From Thraustochytrium aureum (taxonomy: Eukaryota): a stretch of 37,054 nucleotides of DNA. Under the pieces are notes generated by a model, which had not been told where the DNA came from, searched no databases, and saw only the letters and a program-made list of their open reading frames with translations. The position numbers and the translations under genes are program-made. The stretch is taken from contig BLSG01000219.1 in NCBI GenBank assembly GCA_012862495.1, positions 26,154-63,207 on the forward strand, written 5' to 3'. This document shows, one piece after another, positions 20,143 to 30,575 of this stretch (positions are counted from its first letter, which is position 1; each line of letters opens with the position of its first letter).

Positions 20143-23100
20143 ATGGCGGGCAGCCTGCGCAAGCCATGGAGGGACAAACTTGAACAGGTGCTGGAAAAGA
20201 CCGAACGAGACGCCAACTTTTCCAAGAGGCTGGCCAACAACGACGACGACAATGACGACCTGTCACAGAGGGCATCATCCATGATGCGGGGAAAGAGGTC
20301 CTCTGGCGCTTCGTACTTTGACGTGCACATCCCTGCCAGTCCCGACGTTGGCGAGGTATTTCAAGTCGTTTCAAGCGAGCTCCGCGACCAGGTCGAAAGC
20401 GTAAATGCGCTCGCGGCACGGGTAGAAGGCGCGCACAACGACGCCTCAAGAGCCAACCGAGCCGTAGCAGACATTCACAGCAAGCTTGCTCTTTTCATTC
20501 AACAAGCCCACGATGCCGATCAAGAGAGGCGAGAGCACGTTGACGCCGCGATGCGACTCGAGCGCCAAGTCGCCTCAATTGAGCGGTGGAACGAGCAGTG
20601 CGAGGCAGCGGTCGCCGACCTTCGCGAGGAGATGAGAGAGCAGCAGCTCGCAACGCTTGCTCTGAGGACCGATGCAAGCAAGCAAGTCACTCGGGATGTG
20701 CTCTGCGCGACCGTCGCCGAGATGCTCGAACCAATACGGACAGAAGTTCTTCAGCATGTGAAGGAGCAGTCTGTGACGCTCGTAAAGGCGCAAAACCAGT
20801 CAGCAATGGCATGTGCAATAGCCGAGCAGGTTCAGCAGCTCGCGGTTCCGCGCCTCGATCACCTCGGCGCAGCGGAGCGAGGGATCAAGACCTGGGTAAG
20901 CGATGCGTTACAGGCGCACGAAGGTCGTGTGGCAGAGCGACTCGCCAGCACCGAAAGAAACGCAGACTGGAAGATTCTTCAAGAAACCCGAGCGCTCGAG
21001 CGGCGGCTTCAAGAGTGTCAAAANNNNNNNNNNNNNNNNNNNNNNNNNNNNNNNNNNNNNNNNNNNNNNNNNNNNNNNNNNNNNNNNNNGTCAAAACCAG
21101 CTCCTCACTTTCATGACCTCGGCCCCGTTCAGAAGCGTACCGATACAGCCTTTGGCAGGTACTCAAACCGCGGCTATGCAGCCGCAACCCCCGCCCCCTC
21201 CACAGCCGCCGGGTGCGTCGGCGCAGGTGCAGCGCGTCGGCTCTGGGCAGAGGCGCGCTGAGGATGCCGTGCCAGCGACGTCTCTGCGGGAGCTGCGCGC
21301 TCTGACGGACACGATTCAGGTGCAAGCGGCTCAAATTGCCCAACTCGAGCTTGCAGTCAAAGATGCCGCGGAGAAGGCTGCTGCACAGGACAGCGTGAAG
21401 CAGTCTGTCGCAGCAGACGAAAGTATTGAAACGGTCATGCCAGTGACGTCTCTACGGGAGCTCCGCACTCTGAACGACACGGTTCAGGCGCAAGCGGCTC
21501 AAATAGCCCAACTCCAGCTTGCAGTCAAGGATGCCGCGGAGAAGGCTGCTGCGAACGACAGCGTCAGGCAGACTGCCAACCCAGACGAAAGTATTGAAGC
21601 GGCGATCGAGGCAAGAGTCCAAGCCCGGCTTGAAGCTACGCTCGAGAAGGCACTGGAAAGCCGCCTCAAACAGGCTTTGGGGGCGCACCTCAAGGCTGAA
21701 GTAGGCAAGGCCCTGTCAGAGGCCGCGGCAGCAAATGCGGCCTTGTCTGAGGCCGAGGCTGAAGAGTCGTCCCTGGCGGAGAAAGAGGCAGCAAGGGCGG
21801 CCCTGGCGTCGCAGTACAAGGCGGATCGTGAGGCAAGCCAGAGCCTGCTCGAAGCCACAGTCTCTGAGAGCGCTGAGGCGACCCGAACGCTGCAAGAGAC
21901 TACGACAAAGCTTGCGGACAAGCTGGACGAGGTTTACGAAACCACCAACAGACTGTCGGAAGGGTTCGCACAGCTTGGCGAGACCTCAAACACGGTCTCA
22001 GAAAAGTTCGCTCTCGTGGGCGACTCGGTGAGCAGCACCATTCCGAGGGTTGACGCTTGTGAGCAACGTCTTGCGAGTGCCGAAGATGCTCTCAAGCGCG
22101 GAGAAGAGCAAGTGCAGCGCGTGGTTGCCCTTGCCAGCCAAGCCCGACAGGAAGCCGAAGACAGGAGCAACAGTGTGAAGAACGCGTTGGCCAGTAAGGC
22201 GACCGAGCTCGAGGAGTCGGTCCGACGAGCAACGCAAGACTTTGCAGCAAAGTTACATGCATGCACCACTCAGGCCGCCGACCTTGCGAGACGGGCCAAG
22301 GTTCTCGAAGACCATAAAGCTGCCATCGACACCCGCCTGCAGCGCGAGGTCGCAGAGCTCTCTGGGCGGCTGACTCGCGTAGAACGTGCTGCGGCAAGCG
22401 CACAGGTGCAGAAGAGTGCCGAAGCAGAGCTCGAAGTGGCGCGGTCTCGCGCGATGCAGAAGGTGTCTTCAAAGACCAATAGTGCAGGGTCGGGGCCAGA
22501 GGCAGTGACGACGCCAGAAGGCGCGTTTCAGCGAAGATACACGATTCCAGCCACGACAGGAATTCCTGGAGCGGCGAGCCAGTCCTCGCGCCGAGAGCGA
22601 ACCGCTGAGCAGCTGGAGCGAGAGGCAAAGCGGCAAGAAGAGCTCGCAGCTGTACGCGCAAGGCTCGCAGCTTTTGAAGCAAAGTGGAAACAGAACCAGC
22701 AACGGGGCAACTCGCCGGCGCGGCTTCAGCAACCACCGCCGCCGCCGCCGCCGCCGAAGACGCCGCCACCACAGAATGGCGGCACCCCGGCAGGAAACCG
22801 GAGGCAGGCTCCCGCCCCACTTTGAGCCAGCAGCGGCCCGACACGGCGCCCGCGGGAAGCAGCGCCGAGGCATGCCTTGGTGGCGAGAAGGCCGTCGAGG
22901 GCGCGTCGCGCTCCGAAGGGTCTGCTTGCGACTCGGGCGAGGGGAGCGAGGCGGAGAGCGAGGCGGAGAGCGAGGCGGAGAGCGAGGCGGAGAGCGGGAA
23001 GAGCGTCGCAAGTGACGACGGCGGCAACATCAGGGACGACGGGGAGCAGGACGAAGCGCGAAACGGCGAGGGCGGCGCCTCAGAGTCTGGCTCGGGCTCA

Positions 23101-23844
23101 GGGAGCGAGACAGAGTCCGACGAGGAAAGCGAGCTCTGGAACGCCCCGATCAAGCAGGTTGGTGCACCTCCCCCAAACACGCGAAGTTTCCCGGTCAAGA
23201 AGCCGCTCGCTGGCACCGTTGCGTGCACTTTCTGCAAACGGGTTCTGCCGGGCAAGAACACTGCTGCTTTGCACGAAAAGGTATGCGACCGCCGACCAAG
23301 GTCGCGCGAAAAGGACAAGCCAGCGGACGCTCCAATACCTGCTCCAGAGCAGGTCACATGCGAGTACTGCGACGATGGCTTCCCAGCAGACGAGATCGAG
23401 GCGCATCGCGGCGAGTGCGATTGGCTTCCGAGCAAGTGCCAGCACTGCAGCATGATCATTATCCTGCGCGATGTGAGCAAGCACGAGGTCCGGTGCAGCA
23501 AGAATCCGCAAAAGCAGCGCGCAAGCTTGGCCCTGAGCCAGCTCTCGCTTGACTCGCCGGCAAAGCCAGCTACTCACTTTGAGGCGTGGTCCAGAGAGGA
23601 AGTTATTGCTTGGGTGAGCAAAATTGACGGCATCAACGCGTCGTGCGTCGACCGGTTCCGCGACCTCGCTATTGACGGCGGGATGCTCGCGGAGGTCCGG
23701 CAAGCCGACCTTGAATCCGAACTTTGCATCTCTAGCGCGCTGGACCGCAAGCAAATCTGGCTTTCGCTCGAGGAGCTGCGCCACTCGCACAATGACGCCA
23801 AGGCCGGCGCATCAGAGGTCATTCAAGCGCTCATGAGCGAGTAG
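20143..23844 (+). CDS. Large coiled-coil protein with C-terminal TRAF-type zinc fingers and SAM domain (three ORF pieces joined across an N-gap and a 1-bp deletion at ~22785-22788)
   Basis: ATG at 20143, long coiled coil, then a poly-Pro and acidic linker. Zinc-finger-like CTFC..HEKVC, CEYC..HRGEC and CQHC..HEVRC. SAM: WSREEVIAWV...IDGGML...LESELCI...RKQI. The last ORF has no early ATG, which supports fusion. Confidence 0.75.
21271..21600 (+). repeat. 168-bp (56-aa) internal tandem duplication within the coiled-coil CDS
   Basis: PATSLRELRALTDTIQVQAAQIAQLELAVKDAAEKAAAQDSV..DESIE and PVTSLRELRTLNDTVQAQAAQIAQLQLAVKDAAEKAAANDSV..DESIE start at 21271 and 21439. Confidence 0.92.
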
Positions 23845-24033
23845 AGTCTGAGGCGGTGAAAGAGCAAGACAGAAGGACAGCGAGATCGTCTGACTTTGAT
23901 GAGTTGTTTTTTGAAAACTTGACCCAATCAATCAAAACAAGCCCTTTTGATTTGTTGTTCACCGAGCCATCTCGGGAATCAGATTGAAGGCAACGACGTC
24001 TTGCACGTCTGCAAGCTCTGCGCTCTCGGCCTC

Positions 24034-25167
24034 TCAGCAAGCCGGCGCATCAACGCTCGTAGCCGCCATGGCTTCGGCGAGCCCGGCAGGGGCCGGGGCA
24101 GTCGCGGCCTCGGCCGCAGCACTCGTCGCCGGCGGAGCGCGGCTTGCTGGGGCCGCCTTGAGCCCCGCAAACTTGCCACTAGCAGCTTCGCCCTCCACGA
24201 ACGCAGCATGCGGAGGCAAGGCGGCAGATGCCGTCTCGGTCTCCGGAGCAGGGGGCCGTGCCGGCGGGGCGCAGTGCTGGTGCTGCTCGCCTTTTTCAAA
24301 GGCTTGCTGAGCATCCTGCTGGGAAGTCGAGATCGCAAATCCGGCTTCTTTGGGGACCACCGTGGCCCTTGCGGAAGGGGGCACGGGGTTTTCGTGCCCT
24401 TCGCCGATCTCCCACTTGACCCAGCCCTCTTCCTCCGGTACAAGCTCCCAATGCGGCTCTGGGACCGACGCGTCGCCGGCGTTAAAGTCGAAGACGTTGC
24501 ACCAGTGGTTGTGCTCTGGAACAAGCTTTGCTTTCGCAAAGTGCGCGGCCTGGTTGGCATACGCAGCGCTGTACGGGTAGAAGCGCATCTTGGTCGAGGT
24601 CTCCACAACCGGCTCGGTCTTCGTGTACAGCGACACGGTGCAGTTCTCGCAGTCGCGGCAGCGAAACTGCTTGCATGCGATGAAAAAGTGGCAGTTCTTA
24701 GCCTTGCGCACAAACACAGACTCGCTGCTGGGACCAATCAACACCTTGCAGTCCGTGATCCCGTCCATGAGGACTTGGTCCGAATGGTCCATGATCTGGA
24801 CCTCGCACGATGCCAGGTTGCTCAGGTTGAACGTCTGCCCCTGGACATCGCCCTCAACCTTGATGAGTGTCTGCCCCTGGACGTCTTTGAATGCATAGTA
24901 TTTGTCCGCCATGTACTTGCGGTATTCAACGCGGCTTTCGAACGCCGTGCCGTCGGGCGCAGTGTACGACTCCTTTTTCGGGGGGCCCTTGATATTGAAG
25001 GCCTTCACCCCGTCCTTCTTCTCGCCATCATCAAACTCCACCGAGTACGTCCCTGCGTCCGCGTCAAACCCAGTGATCTTCCCTTTGTAGTGCGTCTTCC
25101 ACCCTTTCACCTTGGCCAGCACCTCGGCGCCGACCTCAAACTCCTGCTTCTTCCCTGCCCCAAGCAT
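24034..25167 (-). CDS. RP2: RP2 (XRP2)-like tubulin cofactor C domain protein with N-terminal Tudor-like domain
   Basis: TBCC beta-helix DCKVLIGPSSESVFVRKAKNCHFFIACKQFRCRDC...EPVVETS...NHWCNVFDF, with the QxR catalytic motif. N-terminal FEVGAEVLAK...YKGKITG...TYSVEFDDGE resembles a Tudor/SH3-barrel fold. Likely ATG at 25167. Confidence 0.85.
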   Translation of the reverse strand: MLGAGKKQEFEVGAEVLAKVKGWKTHYKGKITGFDADAGTYSVEFDDGEKKDGVKAFNIKGPPKKESYTAPDGTAFESRVEYRKYMADKYYAFKDVQGQTLIKVEGDVQGQTFNLSNLASCEVQIMDHSDQVLMDGITDCKVLIGPSSESVFVRKAKNCHFFIACKQFRCRDCENCTVSLYTKTEPVVETSTKMRFYPYSAAYANQAAHFAKAKLVPEHNHWCNVFDFNAGDASVPEPHWELVPEEEGWVKWEIGEGHENPVPPSARATVVPKEAGFAISTSQQDAQQAFEKGEQHQHCAPPARPPAPETETASAALPPHAAFVEGEAASGKFAGLKAAPASRAPPATSAAAEAATAPAPAGLAEAMAATSVDAPAC

Positions 25168-25777
25168 CCTCCCGGGTCTCTTCAGCGCGCCGCAAGCCCT
25201 AGCAACTAGCGACCCAATCGTCTTCGTCTCCCCGTCCCTCCGCCTGCTCCGGCTCCGCGATCCAGCTCTGCCTCGTCCACCTGGCCCGCAGCGCGGCGAG
25301 TACCCTCGGCCTGCGTTGTTCTCGCCAGTGCAGTTACCGTTACGTTTATCGCGCACCTCTCGCACATTTACCGGTAAAACAGCGAGCGCGTACCCCAAAG
25401 TGAACATTATTCGCTGAAAGGATATGTTTTGCCGTGAACAGTGTGAATATGCAGTATTTCGACCCAAGAGAGAAAGAGCGAGTTGGGTGGATCCATTCCA
25501 TTCCACTCCATCAACCTCTCCAGGCGCAGGCGCAGAGCGGGCTCCGAGCGCGGCAGGCGGCGGCGCGGCTCTCGCTCTCTAGAGCTAGAGCTCTCCCTCC
25601 TGCTTGAGCTGAAGAGATCGAGAGGGCGCTGGCGCAGAGTGGAGTGGGCGAGAGCAGAGAGCACCAGACGCGGACAGAAGGACGGACGCGCCAGGCTTGC
25701 GCGCGACCCAACTGGCGCTGCCAAGGCCAGAGCGAGACAGCTCGGGACGTGCGCGTGCGGAGGGCAGTACCGAGCTG

Positions 25778-25819
25778 CAGCACCAGCACCAGCACCAGCA
25801 CCAGCACCAGCACCAGCAG
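25778..25819. repeat. (CAGCAC)n hexanucleotide microsatellite
   Basis: About 6-7 CAGCAC units in the divergent intergenic region. Confidence 0.9.
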
Positions 25820-25950
25820 CGTGAGTGCTCGAGCGCAGGAGACGGACACCGGACAATAAGAGCCCGTGACGGTGTTGAAAGGGTTAGTTCGCGGAAGGTC
25901 GCGCGCCTCGGTGAACTGAGGCCGCCTGTCGCTGGTTGATTGGAGTTGGA

Positions 25951-28230
25951 ATGGCGGTGGACGATGAGGCGAAGGCGTTCGTAGAGAGGTACATCCGCGT
26001 GTGCAAGGAAACGGGTATTGAAGCGCTGGCAGATGTCGTCCAAGGCGTCATGCTCGAGGCGCCGGAGGGCCCCCCGGGAGGGCGAGAGGGCGAGGACGAA
26101 GAGTCTCGAGTCGTCCTCTATGTCGACCTGAACAAGTGCAATGAGGTTTCGGCGTGCCATTTATCCGCACTTGTCGCGAGCTGCATCTGCGAGACGCAGC
26201 CAAAGGCTCGGTGCAGGCTGGCGCTCGACCTGGCTGGGTGCATGCTTCGCGATTCCGACGCGGAGCAGCTGGGACACGCCGTTGGCCACGGGTACGTGAC
26301 TGAACTCGACCTCCAGGACGCCTTTGAGGGCCACCGCGGGGACGCGCAGCACTTGGTGGTTGAGAGACTTGTCGCTGGGCTCGCGTCTGGCTCGAACGGC
26401 GCGCCGCTGCTGCGGCTGAACCTCGGCGGGCTAGCACTTCCAAAACGAGCCGTGGAGACTGCCCTCGCGGACGGGCTTGCGCTGCTGCCAGGCCTTGAAG
26501 CGCTCGAGCTTCCAGGGTGCCAGCTTGACGATGGTGCAACCGCCGCGCTGTGCAAGGCACTCATCGGCACCAAGTGTGGCGCACTAAGGAGCCTCGACCT
26601 GTCCAGGAACAAGCTGCGCGGCAGGGGTGCCGAAGCGTTAGCGGGGCTCTTAAAGGCATGCCCGCTAGAGGAGCTTCGGCTTGGCGGGAACCAGCTCGGA
26701 AACGAAGGCTTGAGGACCCTCACGGTTGTCATCCACGCGACCAACTCTGTACAGCGCCTCGATCTGTCGGAAAACGGCGTGGCCGCGCTGGTCGGCATTC
26801 GGCTGCTGTCCGAGTGCATCATGGACCCCAAGTCGTGCCTCTCGAAAATCGAGCTGCGCGGGCTCTGCGACCCGTTTGACGACCGCGTCATTGAGATTCT
26901 CGGGGTCGCGCTCGCCGCCAATCAGTGCGTTCGCACTTTTGATCTCCGCCGCGAACAAGGCACCAACTGCAGCGAGTCCGCTCTATGGTTTCTAGCCGAC
27001 TCTCTGGGCTCAAACTCGACCATCACGAGCCTCCTTCTCCCCGAATCGACGGGCTGCTCTGTTGTCCAGAGCCGAGCAGCGTTAACTGCTGTGCGCCAGC
27101 TACTCGCACAAAACCAGAAGCTGTCCCAGGCAATCGCGGAGCGCAAGTCCCGCCAGCGTGTGCAGACTGGGGAGGGCGACCAGGAGGTAGAGTCACTACC
27201 GCGCACCCCTCTGGTCTCACGCAAGCGCGACACTACACCCATTGGAATTCCGCCTGAGGAGCGGCTCGCGCTTCACGAACCGAGGCCGCAGGCAACGCTG
27301 ACGCCTGTCAAGCCTGTGTCGTCGGACGCTAATTTGCTGTCGCCCAGCTCTCCTTCATCTTCTAGCGCACCGCTCTCGCCGCGCATCGTCGCAGCAATCG
27401 CAGAGTGGCGCGACATGTCCCGCGAGAGCAGCTCTCAAGTCGGCTCGAACTGGCTCGAGGGAAGCGCAAGTCCAGACTCAGCTCGCGCAACGCGGAATCG
27501 CGCGCAACAGCGCGGGTCCCGCGGCCATCGCGTCAGCGCAAATACGTTGAGCAAGGTCAGCGAGCTGAAAGCAGAGTTGCGCGAGGTCCGGAAGCGAGCC
27601 GGTCGCCACCATCTGGAGATCGAGCACCGGATCAACGACCGCATGTTTGAGCTCGATAGTCGCCTCGCTTCGCTCGAAGATGAGCGCCCGGAGCTGCAGG
27701 CGCTCGTTCCCCGAGCCAGCGAAGAAGGCGCGAGGCGGCTCAACCAGCAAGTTGCCGAGCAGGTCACTGCTTTGGAGCAGCGGCTCAAGCGCGCTGCGGA
27801 ACAGTGCCAAGCACTTGCAAATGTTTCCAAGAACGTGTCGATCCAGCTCGATGACATGAAGCGCACGCTCGCCGGCGCCCCGCCCGACAGCGAGCCGAAC
27901 AGCGCCGAAGAAAGTGCGCGAGGGGTCGTCGAAGACATGGAGGGCGAGCGGCGCCTCTCCAGCATGGTTCAGGCTTCCTTTGAAGCGTGCCGCGAACAGG
28001 TGGGACGCCTAGAAGCGACGTATCGGCACGACTTTGAGAAAAAGCAAGAGCTGTGGCGTGCAAAGCTCGACCGCCACATGACGCACCTCGTGTCGCGCGT
28101 GGACCTGCTCGAGCGCAGCGTCATCACGATGCACGACGACAACATCTGCGCGTTGGAGGCAATTCTACAGCACCGACAGCGAAATGCACGGGCCGCGAGC
28201 AAGGCTCGATCCCCACGCCGCGTAAAGTAG
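25951..28230 (+). CDS. RNI-like leucine-rich repeat protein with C-terminal coiled coil
   Basis: ATG at 25951. LRRs include LEALELPGCQLDDGA, LRSLDLSRNKLRGRGA, LEELRLGGNQLGNEG and VQRLDLSENGV. A Ser/Pro linker precedes the coiled coil. Confidence 0.85.
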   Translation: MAVDDEAKAFVERYIRVCKETGIEALADVVQGVMLEAPEGPPGGREGEDEESRVVLYVDLNKCNEVSACHLSALVASCICETQPKARCRLALDLAGCMLRDSDAEQLGHAVGHGYVTELDLQDAFEGHRGDAQHLVVERLVAGLASGSNGAPLLRLNLGGLALPKRAVETALADGLALLPGLEALELPGCQLDDGATAALCKALIGTKCGALRSLDLSRNKLRGRGAEALAGLLKACPLEELRLGGNQLGNEGLRTLTVVIHATNSVQRLDLSENGVAALVGIRLLSECIMDPKSCLSKIELRGLCDPFDDRVIEILGVALAANQCVRTFDLRREQGTNCSESALWFLADSLGSNSTITSLLLPESTGCSVVQSRAALTAVRQLLAQNQKLSQAIAERKSRQRVQTGEGDQEVESLPRTPLVSRKRDTTPIGIPPEERLALHEPRPQATLTPVKPVSSDANLLSPSSPSSSSAPLSPRIVAAIAEWRDMSRESSSQVGSNWLEGSASPDSARATRNRAQQRGSRGHRVSANTLSKVSELKAELREVRKRAGRHHLEIEHRINDRMFELDSRLASLEDERPELQALVPRASEEGARRLNQQVAEQVTALEQRLKRAAEQCQALANVSKNVSIQLDDMKRTLAGAPPDSEPNSAEESARGVVEDMEGERRLSSMVQASFEACREQVGRLEATYRHDFEKKQELWRAKLDRHMTHLVSRVDLLERSVITMHDDNICALEAILQHRQRNARAASKARSPRRVK

Positions 28231-28465
28231 GCTTTCGCCCTTGTCGCACTGTGGGCGCCTTGGGCCGTCACACGATCTTGAGAGAGTTCCGGGTCCCTCG
28301 ACGTTCGTGTACACAATTTGATCGTTTTGTTCTTTTACGCAATTGACAACAATGACAAGCGATCCGGTATAGCCGTTGAACTTCGTCAGCCTGCGCACTT
28401 CATGTCAACGCACGTCATCATGTCAAAGCAAACCAAAGCCGCTGCGACCTGCAGAGCATCTCGGC

Positions 28466-28519
28466 GCTCAGGCTGCTGCACTCAGGCTGCTGCGCTCAGG
28501 CTGCTGCGCTCAGGCTGCT
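28466..28519. repeat. 14-bp tandem repeat (CTCAGGCTGCTGCR), about 4 copies
   Basis: ctcaggctgctgca ctcaggctgctgcg ctcaggctgctgcg ctcaggctgct. Confidence 0.9.
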
Positions 28520-28599
28520 CGAGCCACTGCCTCCGATCTGACTGGTTTGGTCGCGCGCGCGAGGTGAGGCTTTGAACGCGCTCAATTGAATCCATCACT

Positions 28600-30390
28600 A
28601 TGCACGCTGTGTTGGCCCAGATAACAGCTCGGCGCGCTGCGCTGGAGGTTGAGGACGACGACGACTGCTCGTCCATTGGATCGACAGTGCGGCGCCTGTC
28701 GGTCGAGTCCAGTCTAGGGAATGTTATGCGAAGGCCCGCGAGCTTGCGAAAGCTGAGACGGCTCAGCAGCATCAGGCGGATGACACAGGCGCGCAAGAAC
28801 TCGCAAAAGGTCGACGATCATGGCAGCGACAACGCCGGGGAGGAGGAGGAGGAGGAGGAGGAANNNNNNNNNNNNNNNNNNNNNNNNNNNNNNNNNNNNN
28901 NNNNNNNNNNNNNNNNNNNNNNNNNNNNNNNNNNNNNNNNNNNNNNNNNNNNNNNNNNNNNNNNNNNNNNNNNNNNNNNNNNNNNNNNNNNNNNNNNNNN
29001 NNNNNNNNNNNNNNNNNNNNNNNNNNNNNNNNNNNNNNNNNNNNNNNNNNNNNNNNNNNNNNNNNNNNNNNNNNNNNNNNNNNNNNNNNNNNNNNNNNNN
29101 NNNNNNNNNNNNNNNNNNNNNNNNNNNNNNNNNNNNNNNNNNNNNNNNNNNNNNNNNNNNNNNNNNNNNNNNNNNNNNNNNNNNNNNNNNNNNNNNNNNN
29201 NNNNNNNNNNNNNNNNNNNNNNNNNNNNNNNNNNNNNNNNNNNNNNNNNNNNNNNNNNNNNNNNNNNNNNNNNNNNNNNNNNNNNNNNNNNNNNNNNNNN
29301 NNNNNNNNNNNNNNNNNNNNNNNNNNNNNNNNNNNNNNNNNNNNNNNNNNNNNNNNNNNNNNNNNNNNNNNNNNNNNNNNNNNNNNNNNNNNNNNNNNNN
29401 NNNNNNNNNNNNNNNNNNNNNNNNNNNNNNNNNNNNNNNNNNNNNNNNNNNNNNNNNNNNNNNNNNNNNNNNNNNNNNNNNNNNNNNNNNNNNNNNNNNN
29501 NNNNNNNNNNNNNNNNNNNNNNNNNNNNNNNNNNNNNNNNNNNNNNNNNNNNNNNNNNNNNNNNNNNNNNNNNNNNNNNNNNNNNNNNNNNNNNNNNNNN
29601 NNNNNNNCTGGCCGCCAAAAAGGAGGCCCGGGTTCGCGCCGAGACGCGCGCCCGGGAGCTAGACACGCAGCTCTCCGAGTCACGCGCCGCAGCAGCGCAC
29701 GAGCGCGAGATGAAGGAGGCGCTGCAGACCCAGCTTGCCCAACAAAACGCGGCGAACGAGGAGCTCCGCGAGCGAGTGCAGCGCCTCGATGCAGCTGAAA
29801 GCGCAGTTACTCGCTACAAAGAGGAGCTTGGGGAGCTTGGTCGGCGCTTGAGCCTGGTCAAAACAGACAACCAGCGCATTGTGCAGCACATCTGTGATTC
29901 TGTTGGAGGGCGCGACAAACTCTTGTCTCTGATGCGCGGCGGCGACGCGAGCGAAGATGTAGCCAGCGTCGTAAACGACAGCGTGCGCACGAGCGTGTTG
30001 GCGGCGACTGGTGCGAGCGAGCAAGCGAGCGATGCGTCTTGCTCTCGTGAAGAGGTCCTGCGTGGTCCGAGTCGTTGCGCGAGTTACGCGAGCGGCAGCG
30101 AGTTGTCGGCGCGGAGCGAGCGAGCTCCTGTGCCGGGCAAGTCGACATTGGACGAGCATGGCTCGAGCACGGTCGTTTCGACCTTGGCTTGCCAAGGGGG
30201 GGGCGTCACGGAGCGCAGTGCGCACAAACTCTACGCAGGCCAGATCGAGCAGCGCGTTGACCGGCTGCGCGAAGCCCTGAACGAGGCGCGACGGCGCGAG
30301 CAAGCTTCTGCGCAAGCGCTCGCAGAAACGCGACGCGCAAACGCCTACGACCTCCAGATGTGTCGTTTACGAGAGCAGCGGCGCAGGTGA
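28600..30390 (+). CDS. Hypothetical coiled-coil protein (middle part in N-gap)
   Basis: ATG at 28600 and poly-Glu before the gap. Heptad-rich E/R/Q segments follow the gap. The 3' end could be spliced (CAG|GTGAAC near 30387). Confidence 0.65.
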   Translation: MHAVLAQITARRAALEVEDDDDCSSIGSTVRRLSVESSLGNVMRRPASLRKLRRLSSIRRMTQARKNSQKVDDHGSDNAGEEEEEEEEXXXXXXXXXXXXXXXXXXXXXXXXXXXXXXXXXXXXXXXXXXXXXXXXXXXXXXXXXXXXXXXXXXXXXXXXXXXXXXXXXXXXXXXXXXXXXXXXXXXXXXXXXXXXXXXXXXXXXXXXXXXXXXXXXXXXXXXXXXXXXXXXXXXXXXXXXXXXXXXXXXXXXXXXXXXXXXXXXXXXXXXXXXXXXXXXXXXXXXXXXXXXXXXXXXXXXXXXXXXXXXXXXXXXXXXXXXXXXXXXXXXXXXXXLAAKKEARVRAETRARELDTQLSESRAAAAHEREMKEALQTQLAQQNAANEELRERVQRLDAAESAVTRYKEELGELGRRLSLVKTDNQRIVQHICDSVGGRDKLLSLMRGGDASEDVASVVNDSVRTSVLAATGASEQASDASCSREEVLRGPSRCASYASGSELSARSERAPVPGKSTLDEHGSSTVVSTLACQGGGVTERSAHKLYAGQIEQRVDRLREALNEARRREQASAQALAETRRANAYDLQMCRLREQRRR

Positions 30391-30575
30391 ACTGGAGAGC
30401 TAGGAGCCCCTCTTGTTGGTGATGTCGCGAAGCGTCGCAGTGGCAGCGCGCCAGGTCGGCCAGCGAATTGGGGCTGACAGCCCCTTGCCGAGGAGAAAAG
30501 ACGACTAGTTGACTGGTTGTGGGGAAAGGCACGCGGTTTCAGTATCGTTCCGATTTCCTCCCTTTTCACTACAAA

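Noticed and set aside
22092..25209. Long antisense ORFs (22092..23501 -, 23947..25209 +; likewise 525..1517 +, 11286..12578 -, 13050..14111 -)
   Set aside because: Shadow frames of real genes in high-GC sequence, with no domain signatures.
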